Below are positions 35,374 to 44,936 of a stretch of DNA of 64,000 nt, one piece after another. The notes under the pieces were generated by a model, which was not told the origin of the DNA, made no database searches, and worked only from the letters and a program-made list of their open reading frames with translations. A program made the position numbers and the translations under genes. The number at the start of each line of letters is the position of its first letter. Within the stretch, counting starts at the first letter, position 1. The stretch comes from an uncultured Ruminococcus sp. Lineage in GTDB: Bacteria; Bacillota; Clostridia; UBA1212. Where the stretch lies: positions 72,441-136,440 of the forward strand of contig CADAZX010000001.1 in the NCBI GenBank assembly GCA_902792515.1, read 5' to 3'.

Positions 35374-35565
35374 GTCGAAGTCCTCCGTTTCTGACAGGCC
35401 GTCCGCCCGCACTTTTATCTTACCACGAATATCGTCCGCTGTCAAGTTGAACGGGGCGGGTTTAAGCGGGTTTAAGCGGGTTTTTAAGCGGCCCCGGGAA
35501 GGCGTTTTACCGCGTAAAATCCGGGCAAAATCGAGGCGCAAAATCGAGGCGGGCCGCGCGGACTC

Positions 35566-35594
35566 TCGACAAACCGGCGGAAATGCGGTATAAT
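35566..35594 (+). promoter_or_regulatory. Sigma70 promoter TCGACA-N17-TATAAT for the 35632 gene
   Basis: ctcTCGACAaaccggcggaaatgcggTATAATccg, 38 nt upstream of the ATG. Confidence 0.6.
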
Positions 35595-35631
35595 CCGTTC
35601 ATGACATTAAACCGGAATCCGGGAGAACCGT

Positions 35632-36882
35632 ATGGATTTGCGAAAAGAGGACCGCGAGACGCTGCGGACGCTTGCCGAAAAGTATATGGGCTACGCGCTG
35701 TCGTACAAAAACGCGGAAAGCCGTACGCTGTGGCGCTCGCTGAACAACGGAATCATGCGAAAACCGATGGTCGCAATCGACCAGATGCCGTGGAACGAAC
35801 TCGACGTCGACGGCTCTCTTGTGTGCGCCGTCGACGATCCGTATTTCAGGAGGATCGAATGGACACTCCGCTCCGAGATCTACAAGTGGGAGCACCTGCG
35901 GGTCGACATGGTCCTCAATCCGTATATTCTTCTGCCGCGTCCGGTCGGAAACACCGGCTACGGGCTGAGGCCGCTTCACGAGGCTCTCGCGGTGACCGAC
36001 GCCGCCAACGACGTCGTTTCCCAGAGGTTTGTCAACCAGATTCGCGGGCCGGAGGACGTCGAAAAGATCATGACGCCGGTCATTACGGTCGACCGCGACG
36101 CCGAAGCGCGGATTCGCGCTGAGGCGGAGCGCGTTTTCGAAGGGATCGCCCCTGTCAGAATGCAGGGAATGATTATGCACCTCGGGTTCTGGGACTGGAT
36201 TGCGCAGTGGATGGGCGCCGAAAACTGCTACATCGAACTCATGGACCGGCCTGAGATGATGCACGCCGTGATGGAAAAGCTCACGGAAGCGACTCTCTCG
36301 GTCATCGATCAGGTCAACAGCCTCGGGCTTTACGATATTAACTCCAACATGTGCCACTGCTCGTACACTTTTTCCGACTCTCTGCCCTCCAAAGACTGCG
36401 ATCCGGACAATCCGGCCACGGGCGACGGTTGGGCTTTCGGAATGGCGCAGATATTCACGTCCGTGTCCCCGAAAACCACCGAGGAGTTCGAGGTCCGGTA
36501 CATGAGCCGGATTTTCGGCCGTTTCGGAGCAATCTACTACGGCTGCTGCGACAGACTCGACGACCGGCTCGACATTATCACGAAAATGCCGAACATCCGC
36601 AAGATCTCGTGCAGCCCGTGGAGCGACCGCGAGAAATTCGCCGCCAACCTGCCGCAGAAATATATTATGTCGAACAAGCCGGGCCCCGCGCTCCTCGCCC
36701 ACCCGACATTTGACGAAGAGGCTGTAAGGGCGGATCTGCGCCGCACTATCGCCGCCGCAAAAAGTAACGGGCTCAGGCTGGAGATGCTTCTCAAGGACAT
36801 CAGCACCGTAAAATACGAGCCCGAAAGGCTGTGGCGGTGGGCAGAGATTGCGGAGGAGGAGACGCTTCGCGCCGCGCTCTGA
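35632..36882 (+). CDS. Hypothetical protein, no confident family assignment (possibly a URO-D-like TIM-barrel protein)
   Basis: 416-aa ORF with RBS GGGAGAA and coding-like composition. Confidence 0.45.
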   Translation: MDLRKEDRETLRTLAEKYMGYALSYKNAESRTLWRSLNNGIMRKPMVAIDQMPWNELDVDGSLVCAVDDPYFRRIEWTLRSEIYKWEHLRVDMVLNPYILLPRPVGNTGYGLRPLHEALAVTDAANDVVSQRFVNQIRGPEDVEKIMTPVITVDRDAEARIRAEAERVFEGIAPVRMQGMIMHLGFWDWIAQWMGAENCYIELMDRPEMMHAVMEKLTEATLSVIDQVNSLGLYDINSNMCHCSYTFSDSLPSKDCDPDNPATGDGWAFGMAQIFTSVSPKTTEEFEVRYMSRIFGRFGAIYYGCCDRLDDRLDIITKMPNIRKISCSPWSDREKFAANLPQKYIMSNKPGPALLAHPTFDEEAVRADLRRTIAAAKSNGLRLEMLLKDISTVKYEPERLWRWAEIAEEETLRAAL

Positions 36883-36984
36883 CCGGGTTCCGTTTCAAGG
36901 ATCCGCGTCTTCGACGGCTGCATAGGCGTTGAACAGTCGCTTTTCGCGAGCGAGTTTGTTAAGGAATAATTTCCATGCTGTAAT

Positions 36985-37032
36985 AACGCGGAAACGCGGA
37001 GCCGGCTGCCGGCTCCGCGTTTCCGCGTTTTC
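36985..37032. terminator. Bidirectional terminator between the convergent genes 35632..36882 and 37063..38637
   Basis: GCGGAAACGCGGAGCCGGC-tgcc-GGCTCCGCGTTTCCGCG hairpin followed by ttttcc. Confidence 0.75.
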
Positions 37033-37062
37033 CAATATAATTTCCGCTTTTCGAAACGTTTT

Positions 37063-38637
37063 CTATTCGGCGACCCTGAGGCTCCCCAGTCCGAAAAACG
37101 CCGCGGTCACGATGTTCGAAAACGTCTCCGTATTCCCGTCAACGTCGCCGTGTACAAGCTCCTCCGGATACGAAGAGAGCTTTTCGACGACAGCGTCCGT
37201 GCCGTCCGGCAGCTCATCAAGATACTTTTCCCGCGCGCTCATCTCCTCGTCGTATTTCGACGCCTCTCCCGTCGTGAGCGTGAACGCCGCCTTCACCGAC
37301 AACGGCTCAAGCGAAAACCTCGCGCCGCCGGCTTCGTTTTCGCTCACTCTGCACATTCCGACGCACCCGACAACGAACACCGCCGCCATTAGCGCCGCGA
37401 AAACACGCGCAGCCCTCGGTCTCGACGCGATCTCCTCGCACGCCTCGCCGAAGCGCGACCCGGCCTGTCCTCCGAAAAATTCCTTGAAACGGCCGTCCAC
37501 GATTCCGCGCCGCACCCAGCCAAGGAAGTAGCACAGATTAAATGCTACCAGCAGGTACGCGTTGAAGTAGATTATGTTGCTCATACGGGGCGGCATTCTG
37601 ATTCCTCGCGCGTAAAAGAGCGCTGTGCCCTGCGAGCAGTACATTCCGAAAGTGAGTATAAGCACCAAAAACGGGTGTTTGAACCTGTACGACGTCCTTC
37701 CGGTGAGCGAAAAGAGAAGCGGCGTCAGACCCGCCCACAGAGCGATGACCGGCACGTCGAGACTGTCCGCGAGCGAATAGCCGCCGTACGCGAACGAGTA
37801 TAAAAGCGCCTTGAAAACGCCCGCGCTCTCGCCCGAGGCATCCTGCCTTACCGCCGTTCCCGGCGCGAAAACGCTGAGAAGCAGCGCGCCGATCCCCACC
37901 AGCGCGACAACGAGCACCGGCCACGCGGCGCGGTTCTTTTTGATAAACAGGAACACACAAAGCACGACTGTCAGCACCGACGTGTAGAGCGCAGTCGAGT
38001 AGTTCCCCAGCCCGACGATAAACGCGAGCACGGCCGCTCCAACCGTCGCCGCGATCTTCGCTCCGGTCTTTTCGGCCTTGACTACGGTTATCACCAGCCC
38101 GTAAAGGAAAAGGCTGAGCGAGAAGAAAAAAGTGTAGTAAATGCCGCCGTTGTACCAGTAAAAGGCGTCCGACGGCTTGTACGTGAACTGTACCGCGCAG
38201 AACGTTATCAGCGCCGCGACCGTCCACGCGACAGCCCTTTCCGCGTTAAGCAGCCTTCGCAGCGCGTTCGTAAAAAAGTACATCATCGCGAGCACGAACG
38301 ACGTCAGCAGCAGCACGGGCGCGACCGGATACCATTTGGCGCCGAAAACAGCCGGCTGCAGACACATCAAAAACAGCGCCGCCGAGTTCCCCTGCCACGT
38401 GTTGTACGATTCGCGCGTCACGCTCCACGCCTCTTTGAGCACCGCGACGAAGCTGTGCGTTTCCCGCCAGACCTCGCCCGTTTTCACGCCGTAGAGATAG
38501 TCGTCGGCGCACGGGTGCGCTTTCATCCCCAGCGCGTAAAGCGGTATCAGCGACAGCACAAGGAGCCCTATCGCGACCGCGAGCGCTGCTTTGTAATTAA
38601 CTTGATTCCGCGCGACTGTTTTCATAGCCTTCCGCAT
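37063..38637 (-). CDS. Polytopic integral membrane protein, possibly a GT-C-type glycosyltransferase
   Basis: More than 10 predicted TM segments. An N-terminal periplasmic-loop motif AHPCADDYLYG is reminiscent of GT-C/DUF6056-like membrane glycosyltransferases. Confidence 0.4.
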   Translation of the reverse strand: MRKAMKTVARNQVNYKAALAVAIGLLVLSLIPLYALGMKAHPCADDYLYGVKTGEVWRETHSFVAVLKEAWSVTRESYNTWQGNSAALFLMCLQPAVFGAKWYPVAPVLLLTSFVLAMMYFFTNALRRLLNAERAVAWTVAALITFCAVQFTYKPSDAFYWYNGGIYYTFFFSLSLFLYGLVITVVKAEKTGAKIAATVGAAVLAFIVGLGNYSTALYTSVLTVVLCVFLFIKKNRAAWPVLVVALVGIGALLLSVFAPGTAVRQDASGESAGVFKALLYSFAYGGYSLADSLDVPVIALWAGLTPLLFSLTGRTSYRFKHPFLVLILTFGMYCSQGTALFYARGIRMPPRMSNIIYFNAYLLVAFNLCYFLGWVRRGIVDGRFKEFFGGQAGSRFGEACEEIASRPRAARVFAALMAAVFVVGCVGMCRVSENEAGGARFSLEPLSVKAAFTLTTGEASKYDEEMSAREKYLDELPDGTDAVVEKLSSYPEELVHGDVDGNTETFSNIVTAAFFGLGSLRVAE

Positions 38638-38991
38638 CCTCCGCGGCGCGGGTTTCTCCGCCCTGCCGCTCTCCTTTCAGGCGCACCGGCGCCCGTTTTT
38701 TCCGCAAATCAAACGATTGTTCCGCCTTTTCATTGTAAGTGAAACACGCGCGAAAATCAAGAGGTTTCCGGGGCCCGGCGGGTCGCATTGTCGCATGGCG
38801 TCATTTAACCGCTCACGAAGGCGTTAACAGGCTTGTACGGCGGCATGTTTTGAGAGAAAAACGCGAAAAAAGCCTCAATTTGGGACAAATTGCGCAAAAC
38901 CTATTGAAATCACTTTAAGTATATTTTATAATAAAACGTATAGGAAAAGGGGCAATGAACCGACCGCCTGAAGCGCCGGATCATTCCGCTT

Positions 38992-39043
38992 AAAAAAAGC
39001 TTAAACCCGCCGTAAAGCAGGCGGCTTTAAGCTTTTTTTGATA
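38992..39043 (-). terminator. Rho-independent terminator after the 39057..41624 gene
   Basis: AAGCTTAAACCCGCC-gtaaagca-GGCGGCTTTAAGCTT flanked by an A-run and a T-run. Confidence 0.75.
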
Positions 39044-39056
39044 TCGAAGAACCGTT

Positions 39057-41624
39057 TTATCCGGCGGTCTTATCCTGATTTTCCTTCTTTTTCTTTGCGA
39101 CGGCTATGCCTGCCGCAACGCCGGCCGCAACCGCGACAGCAGCCGCAGCCGCGCCGCCCGCAATAGCCGCCACAGCGCCTGCCGGGAGAGAGTTTCCCGA
39201 ATGATTCGAAACAGCCCTTTTGTCTGAGAGTTCGCTCCACTCCGAAGGCCACCCCGGGACGGTCTCTTTGCCGTCGCCGTAAACGACCGCGACGCGCTGC
39301 TCTTCTCCGTTCTTAGATGCGCATTCGACCCAGACCCACGCGCTGTCGCCGGAAACAGTCTTTTCGCACGGAACGTCCTGCCCGTTGATCTGCGCCGCAG
39401 CGAACTTGGTTTCAGCCGGGAACGGCCCGAGCCGGAGCTTCACGGAGCCGAGTCCTTCCGTATCCTTCAGCCTGAACTGAGCCGTCTGAACGCCGTCCGA
39501 CGGGTACGTCACCTTCAGGTCAACGAGTCCTTTAGTATTCGTGAGCGGCATCGCGTAGACCTCCTCGGTCCAGCCCTTCGGGAGACGCGGCATAATTTTC
39601 AGCACGTCTCCGTAAACAGGCGAAACGCCCATAGCGATCGAGTAGCATTTCAGAGCCTCGGCCTGCTGAACAAGATTTCCGAGGTCGCCCTGGCGGCGCA
39701 TGATCCCCTCCTCCGCGAGCACCGAAACGCCCTCCGGCACCATGTACGGTTCGGGAAGCCCCGGCGCGTAGCAGATGCGGGAAAGGTTCTCCATAAGCAC
39801 CGTCGCGTCGGCCATGTTGTCGCAGAGCAGCGCGTTCTGGACGAGCATCGAATGGTGGTAGCCTATGCCGCCCGCGCCGTACCAGAAGTATTCGCCTGCC
39901 TTGCCCGTGTCGTTCCCGTACGTCTTGAACGAGAGCTCCGCGAGTTCCCCGTCCATATCGGAAACGTCGTACCCATACACGTCCGACATCATCGTCAGGA
40001 CCGGATCGTGGAAAAAGCCGAACGATTTTACCTTCCAGCCGTCTTTTCCGGAGAGGTTTTCGATCATCGCCTTGCGGAGGCCGTCCGCCAGCGAGTTCCA
40101 TTTTTCCGCCTCTTCGGTGTGTCCGGCTGCGAGCGCCATCTCCGCGTAGCCCTTAAGACCAAGGTAGCACGGAACGTTGCAGTAGAGCGTGTAGTCCTTC
40201 ATTCCCGCCTCCGATTCGGCGTAGAGAAGGCCCTTTTTCACGAGCGAAATGTCCGGATGCTCGAAGCACCAGCCGATCCATTTCGCGCCTTCGTTTATGT
40301 ATTCCCAGTTTTCCTCGACCCACGACGCGGAGCTGCCGTTCGCGCGCCACACGCTAAAGACTGCCATCATAAGAAGGCCGTGACCGTCGGTCTCCTGGTT
40401 GCCGAGGTTTTTGTAGTCGTCGCCGAAGTCCTTTTGGGTGTACGCCGTCGGCCAGTGCGCGACCGGGACAAGCACCTCCTGGTACGTCATCGGCTTGTTG
40501 ATCATGACCGTAAAGTGGCCGGGAACGTCAAAGCCGTTGAATTTTATGCGGTTTTCCGGGAAATACATCAGGCAGCGGTTCGCGTAGCCTGCGGCCGCGG
40601 CTGCTTCTTTAACGTAGCCGTACGGGATAAGTGACATAATCGCCCTGCCGCCGTCTCGGGAATAGTACGCGTCGTAGTAGGAGTTGGCATTTTCGACCCA
40701 CACGCCGAAGCCGTCGTAGCGCCAGGAAGGCGCGTCCTTGTATGACGTGTGGAAAAAGCCGTCCTCGTCGACGCGGCTCGCGAGATTCACGACGTTGGTG
40801 TAGACGGCGCCCGTCGCGATGCGCGCAAACTGATTTCCGGAAAATGTCACCGCGGGACCGCCGAACTCCGCGGGTATTTCAAACACGGGAGCCTCTTCGT
40901 ACTCTTCCTCGTACGTGTAGAGCGCGCGGCGGATCTTTTCGAGGTTCCGCTTTACCTCCTCCGGGTACGGGTCGTCCGGGTCGACTGCCTTCCCTTCAAA
41001 AAACGCGTCGCCGGTGCTGAACGCCGTTTCGCCTTTGGAGAGCGTTTTCACGCCGCCGTCGGTCAGGAACGCGGACTTGAAGACGGGCGAGCCGTCTTTG
41101 TCCTTATTGTCGGCGATAGATATCTTTTTTACCGGCTTTGCGCGAAGCTTCACCTTCAGAACGCACGCCTCGCTGCCCTCGTACGCGCCAAAAAGCGCAA
41201 GCGAGTTCTTGAGCGCGGCGATCAGCTCCGGGTCGGAGTTGCCGTCCTTTAGCGGGGCGACGTTTTCGAGCCAGTGTGCGCGGAACCACATCGTGTATCC
41301 GAAAACGAGCGGAATCCTGTCGGAAGTTCCGTCGGCGTACTCGACGTTCAGCGTGCCCATCTCGTCGCCTATCATCCTGATGTCTTTGCTGTCTGCCGTT
41401 CCCCACGCGGGGCAGCCGCTGTCGATCGAATGGTAGCCGCCGATCACGTACAGTTCCTGCCACACTCTGCCGTCGGGCGAGGTGTACGGAAGCCGTATGC
41501 TCACCGGGTCGCCTCCCGCCGCCAAAGCGCCACGGCCGTTACGTTCCGCGCCTGTCACTCCCAGTGCGCCGCAAATGACGCCCAAAAGTGCCGCAATCAC
41601 CGGAATTCTGTGATTTTTTCTCAT
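39057..41624 (-). CDS. Large secreted, C-terminally membrane-anchored protein, possibly an (alpha/alpha)6 glycoside-hydrolase-like fold
   Basis: Start reassigned to MRKNHRIPVIAALLGVICGALG (signal peptide). An Ala-rich TM helix and a KKKK tail lie at the C-terminus. A central GHGLLMMAVFSVWRANG region is suggestive of a toroidal GH fold. The call is weak. Confidence 0.4.
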   Translation of the reverse strand: MRKNHRIPVIAALLGVICGALGVTGAERNGRGALAAGGDPVSIRLPYTSPDGRVWQELYVIGGYHSIDSGCPAWGTADSKDIRMIGDEMGTLNVEYADGTSDRIPLVFGYTMWFRAHWLENVAPLKDGNSDPELIAALKNSLALFGAYEGSEACVLKVKLRAKPVKKISIADNKDKDGSPVFKSAFLTDGGVKTLSKGETAFSTGDAFFEGKAVDPDDPYPEEVKRNLEKIRRALYTYEEEYEEAPVFEIPAEFGGPAVTFSGNQFARIATGAVYTNVVNLASRVDEDGFFHTSYKDAPSWRYDGFGVWVENANSYYDAYYSRDGGRAIMSLIPYGYVKEAAAAAGYANRCLMYFPENRIKFNGFDVPGHFTVMINKPMTYQEVLVPVAHWPTAYTQKDFGDDYKNLGNQETDGHGLLMMAVFSVWRANGSSASWVEENWEYINEGAKWIGWCFEHPDISLVKKGLLYAESEAGMKDYTLYCNVPCYLGLKGYAEMALAAGHTEEAEKWNSLADGLRKAMIENLSGKDGWKVKSFGFFHDPVLTMMSDVYGYDVSDMDGELAELSFKTYGNDTGKAGEYFWYGAGGIGYHHSMLVQNALLCDNMADATVLMENLSRICYAPGLPEPYMVPEGVSVLAEEGIMRRQGDLGNLVQQAEALKCYSIAMGVSPVYGDVLKIMPRLPKGWTEEVYAMPLTNTKGLVDLKVTYPSDGVQTAQFRLKDTEGLGSVKLRLGPFPAETKFAAAQINGQDVPCEKTVSGDSAWVWVECASKNGEEQRVAVVYGDGKETVPGWPSEWSELSDKRAVSNHSGNSLPAGAVAAIAGGAAAAAVAVAAGVAAGIAVAKKKKENQDKTAG

Positions 41625-41982
41625 TTTCGATCGTTCCCTTCCGGTTTTTGTCATTTTAAACCGTTTTAGTCATACAAAAATCTATTCCCGGCGGCAGGCT
41701 GGCCGCCTCAAACCTCTCAACTCTCAAAGCGCGCTGTTCGCGGCAAGGCTTTAAATGATCTCCTTTGGAGTCGCGTTTTCGCTCATATTATATTTCCCCG
41801 TGTCTTTCTCTGTTCCGACGCCCGGACGCCCACAATCATTTTCAAGTGTGATTATATAAGCCGAGGCGCGCGATGTCAACCGGAAACGGCCGCGCGGAAC
41901 ATGATCGAAACCGCGCGGCCGTCCTTTTTTATATGCATTTACAACCCGGGCAAGGCAGCCGCCGCCCGCAACTTTTATGAAA

Positions 41983-43704
41983 TCATTCCTCCCTGAACTG
42001 GAGCGAGTAAAGGGCACTGTACGTGCCGCCGAGAGCCATCAGTTCCTCGTGCGTGCCGCGTTCGGTAACTCTGCCCTCGCTGACGACAGCGATCTCGTCG
42101 GCGTTGCGTATGGTGGAGAGACGGTGCGCCACAACGAGCGTCGTTCTGCCCTTGCACAGTTCGTCGAGCGACTGCTGGATCAGGACCTCGGTGGTGTTGT
42201 CGAGCGCGCTCGTGGCCTCGTCCAGAATGAGGATCGCGGGGTCCTTCAGGAAGACGCGCGCGATGCTGATGCGCTGCTTCTGGCCGCCCGATAGCTTCAC
42301 GCCGCGCTCACCGATCTCGGTGTCGTAGCCGTCTTCGAGTGTCATCACGTAGTCGTGGATGTTGGCGCGTTTCGCAGCCTCGATCATTTCCGCCTCGGTG
42401 GCGTCGGGTTTGCCGTAGAGGATGTTGTCGCGGACCGTTCCCGCGAACAGGAACACGTCCTGCTGAACGATGCCGATGCTCCTTCTGACCGATTCGAGCG
42501 TGAGCGTGCGGATGTCCTTGCCGTCGATCATGATCGTGCCGTCCTCCGGCCCCAGCTTGTAGAAATTCGGAAGCAGGTGGCAGAGCGTCGTCTTGCCGCC
42601 GCCGGAGGGACCGACGAGGGCGAGCTTTTGGCCTTTTTCGATGTGGAGCGTGACGTCGTGGAGCACCTCTTTCGACGTGTCGTACGCGTACGTGACGTTT
42701 TTGAAGTCGATAACGCCCTCCACGTCCTTAAGCTCCTCCGCGCCGGGTGCGTCGGTCTCAGGCTTTTCGTCCATGATCTCGATGAAGCGCTTGAAGCCGG
42801 ACGCGCCGTTCTGATACTGCTCCATAAAGTTGATAAGCGTGTTCACGGGGCTTATGAAAAGGTTCACGGACACGATAAACGTCGAGTAGTCGCCGAACGA
42901 GATCCGCCCCGCGTAAAGGAACAGACCGCCCGCGATCAGGATGATCACGTTGAAAACGTCGGTAACGAACGACGTCGAAGAGAAAAACTTCGCCATCGCC
43001 TTGTACGCGCGGCTGGAGGCGCTTACAAACTCCTCGTCTCCCTTTTTGAACTTTTCGACCTCGCGCGCCGAGTTCGTGTACGCCTTTGTGACGCGGATGC
43101 CGGTGATGCTGCTCTCGACCGCCGCGTTGATCGTCGCGTTGCTCTTGCGCCGGTCTTCGAACGCCTGCCGCATCCGCTTCCTGAAGTGAAGCGTCACCCC
43201 CACGAGGATCGGAACGCACGCGAAAACGATCAGTGTCAGCAGCGGCTCGATGCTCATCAGGTACGAGAACGACAGAATTATCATCACCGAGCTGATCAGA
43301 AGGTTTTCGGGACCGTGGTGGGCCAGCTCGCACACCTCGAAAAGGTCGCTCGTGATGCGCGTCATCAGCCGCCCCGTCTCGTTGTTGTCGTAAAAATCGA
43401 ACGGCAGCTTCTGCAGGTGGTTGAAAAGGTCGGTGCGCATTTTCGACTGCATTTTGACGCCGATCACGTGGCCGTAGTACTGAACGAAGTACCTGAGCAG
43501 CATCCTGATCACGTAGAGAACGAGCACGGTTGCGCCGGCGATCACGATGGCGGTGTACATTTTTTCAGGAATGTATTTGTTGAGCATTTTGTTCGTGACG
43601 ACCGGGTAGACCATTCCGATGAGCGAGATCAGGAACGACGCGAGCAGGTCGAGCGCGAGCATCTTTTTGTGCGGTTTGTAGTACGAAATGAATCTTTTGA
43701 GCAT
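41983..43704 (-). CDS. ABC transporter ATP-binding/permease fusion (MsbA-like exporter)
   Basis: Six N-terminal TM helices, Walker A GPSGGGKTT, ABC signature LSGGQKQRISIARV, Walker B ILILDEATSALD. Confidence 0.95.
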   Translation of the reverse strand: MLKRFISYYKPHKKMLALDLLASFLISLIGMVYPVVTNKMLNKYIPEKMYTAIVIAGATVLVLYVIRMLLRYFVQYYGHVIGVKMQSKMRTDLFNHLQKLPFDFYDNNETGRLMTRITSDLFEVCELAHHGPENLLISSVMIILSFSYLMSIEPLLTLIVFACVPILVGVTLHFRKRMRQAFEDRRKSNATINAAVESSITGIRVTKAYTNSAREVEKFKKGDEEFVSASSRAYKAMAKFFSSTSFVTDVFNVIILIAGGLFLYAGRISFGDYSTFIVSVNLFISPVNTLINFMEQYQNGASGFKRFIEIMDEKPETDAPGAEELKDVEGVIDFKNVTYAYDTSKEVLHDVTLHIEKGQKLALVGPSGGGKTTLCHLLPNFYKLGPEDGTIMIDGKDIRTLTLESVRRSIGIVQQDVFLFAGTVRDNILYGKPDATEAEMIEAAKRANIHDYVMTLEDGYDTEIGERGVKLSGGQKQRISIARVFLKDPAILILDEATSALDNTTEVLIQQSLDELCKGRTTLVVAHRLSTIRNADEIAVVSEGRVTERGTHEELMALGGTYSALYSLQFREE

Positions 43705-43990
43705 CTCCGGTCTCTTTCCTTTGATGAGCCGCGGCGCGAAAAGCGTGGCAGCCCCCTACGCTTGGCGTCCGTTTTTTAGTCGCTTTAATGGTAGCATACT
43801 TGACGTGTTTCGTCCACCGGTAAAACGCCTGGAAAACGCCGTAATAACGCTGTCCCGGCGCGGAAAGCGTTTTTTTCTTGAATAAAAAGTGCGCGCATTG
43901 TATAATAAATCACACGGCGTAAAACGGTTTGCGGCCGGTTTTCAGATTTCAGACAACGTGTTTTCACACTCGAAAGAGAGGTGCCGCGAT

Positions 43991-44932
43991 TTGAACAAAA
44001 AATATATCACGACAATTATTGTGCTGCTGCTTCTGCTGCCGCTTTGCGCGTGCGGGCTGTTCACGAATTCCGGGAACAAAACCGGCGCGGGGGACGCTCA
44101 CGTGAAGCTGTTGAAAGAGGCGGAAGAGCTCGCGGACGCCGCCGAAAATCAGTACGCGGTGGGGCTGACGTTTCAGAGCGAGTACGTTTTCGGGCTCGCC
44201 CAGGCCGAGGTTTCGTCGCTGCGCCTCGCGGTCGACACCGTGCTCTGGCTGAAAGGCGAAGGCGCGGGCCTTGCAGAGGTCATCGGGGATTCTCCCTACA
44301 AAACCTGGGACGAGATCACCGGCGCGTGCCCCGGAAGCCCGGTGCCCTTCTACTTCGAGGGACTTCTTTACCGGTTTCAGGGCGAAAAGGCCGCGTCCGA
44401 GGAGTGCTTCAGGCGCGCGAAGTTCAACCCGCTTTATGAGGAGCGCGATTTTTACTACCTCCGCCATATGGACACGAAAGAGCTTTACGAGCTGAAAGCG
44501 GCCGCGAGCGGTCTCGAGACGAGAATTTACGAACAGTACACGCCGCGGACGGCGCTGATGGCCGCAAGGACCGGCGCCGAGTTTTCGCCCGCATACCACC
44601 TCGCGATGGCGTCGGAAAACGCCGGAAACCCTGAGGCGGCCGCTCAGTGCGCTCTGAACGCCCTCCTCTCGAGTCCGATGACGCCCTCCCTTTACGCCAC
44701 CGCCGCAGCGTATGAATTGAAAGCCGGCAACGCGGAGCTCGCCCTCGAAATAGTCAACGAAGGCCTGTTCCTGGCTCCGGAGGACGCATCGGTCAACTAT
44801 ATCGCGGCGTCGCTTTCGTATTCGGCCGGCGACGCCGCCTCCGCGAAGGCTTATTTGGAAACCGCGAAAAAGACCGCCTCGGGCAGCCTTCTCGATGAAG
44901 TCAACGCGCTTTACGCGCAGATAGGAGGGTAA
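43991..44932 (+). CDS. TPR-like repeat lipoprotein (hypothetical)
   Basis: A TTG start is proposed (RBS GAGAGGTG). Signal/lipobox LLLLLPLCAC. Helical repeat region resembles TPR. Confidence 0.45.
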   Translation: MNKKYITTIIVLLLLLPLCACGLFTNSGNKTGAGDAHVKLLKEAEELADAAENQYAVGLTFQSEYVFGLAQAEVSSLRLAVDTVLWLKGEGAGLAEVIGDSPYKTWDEITGACPGSPVPFYFEGLLYRFQGEKAASEECFRRAKFNPLYEERDFYYLRHMDTKELYELKAAASGLETRIYEQYTPRTALMAARTGAEFSPAYHLAMASENAGNPEAAAQCALNALLSSPMTPSLYATAAAYELKAGNAELALEIVNEGLFLAPEDASVNYIAASLSYSAGDAASAKAYLETAKKTASGSLLDEVNALYAQIGG

Positions 44933-44936
44933 AAAG

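Noticed and set aside
35583-36122. Alternative plus-strand ORF 35583..36122 overlapping the promoter and the start of the 35632 gene
   Set aside because: It begins upstream of the TATAAT box and is in a different frame from the long ORF with the good RBS, so it is treated as a frame artefact.
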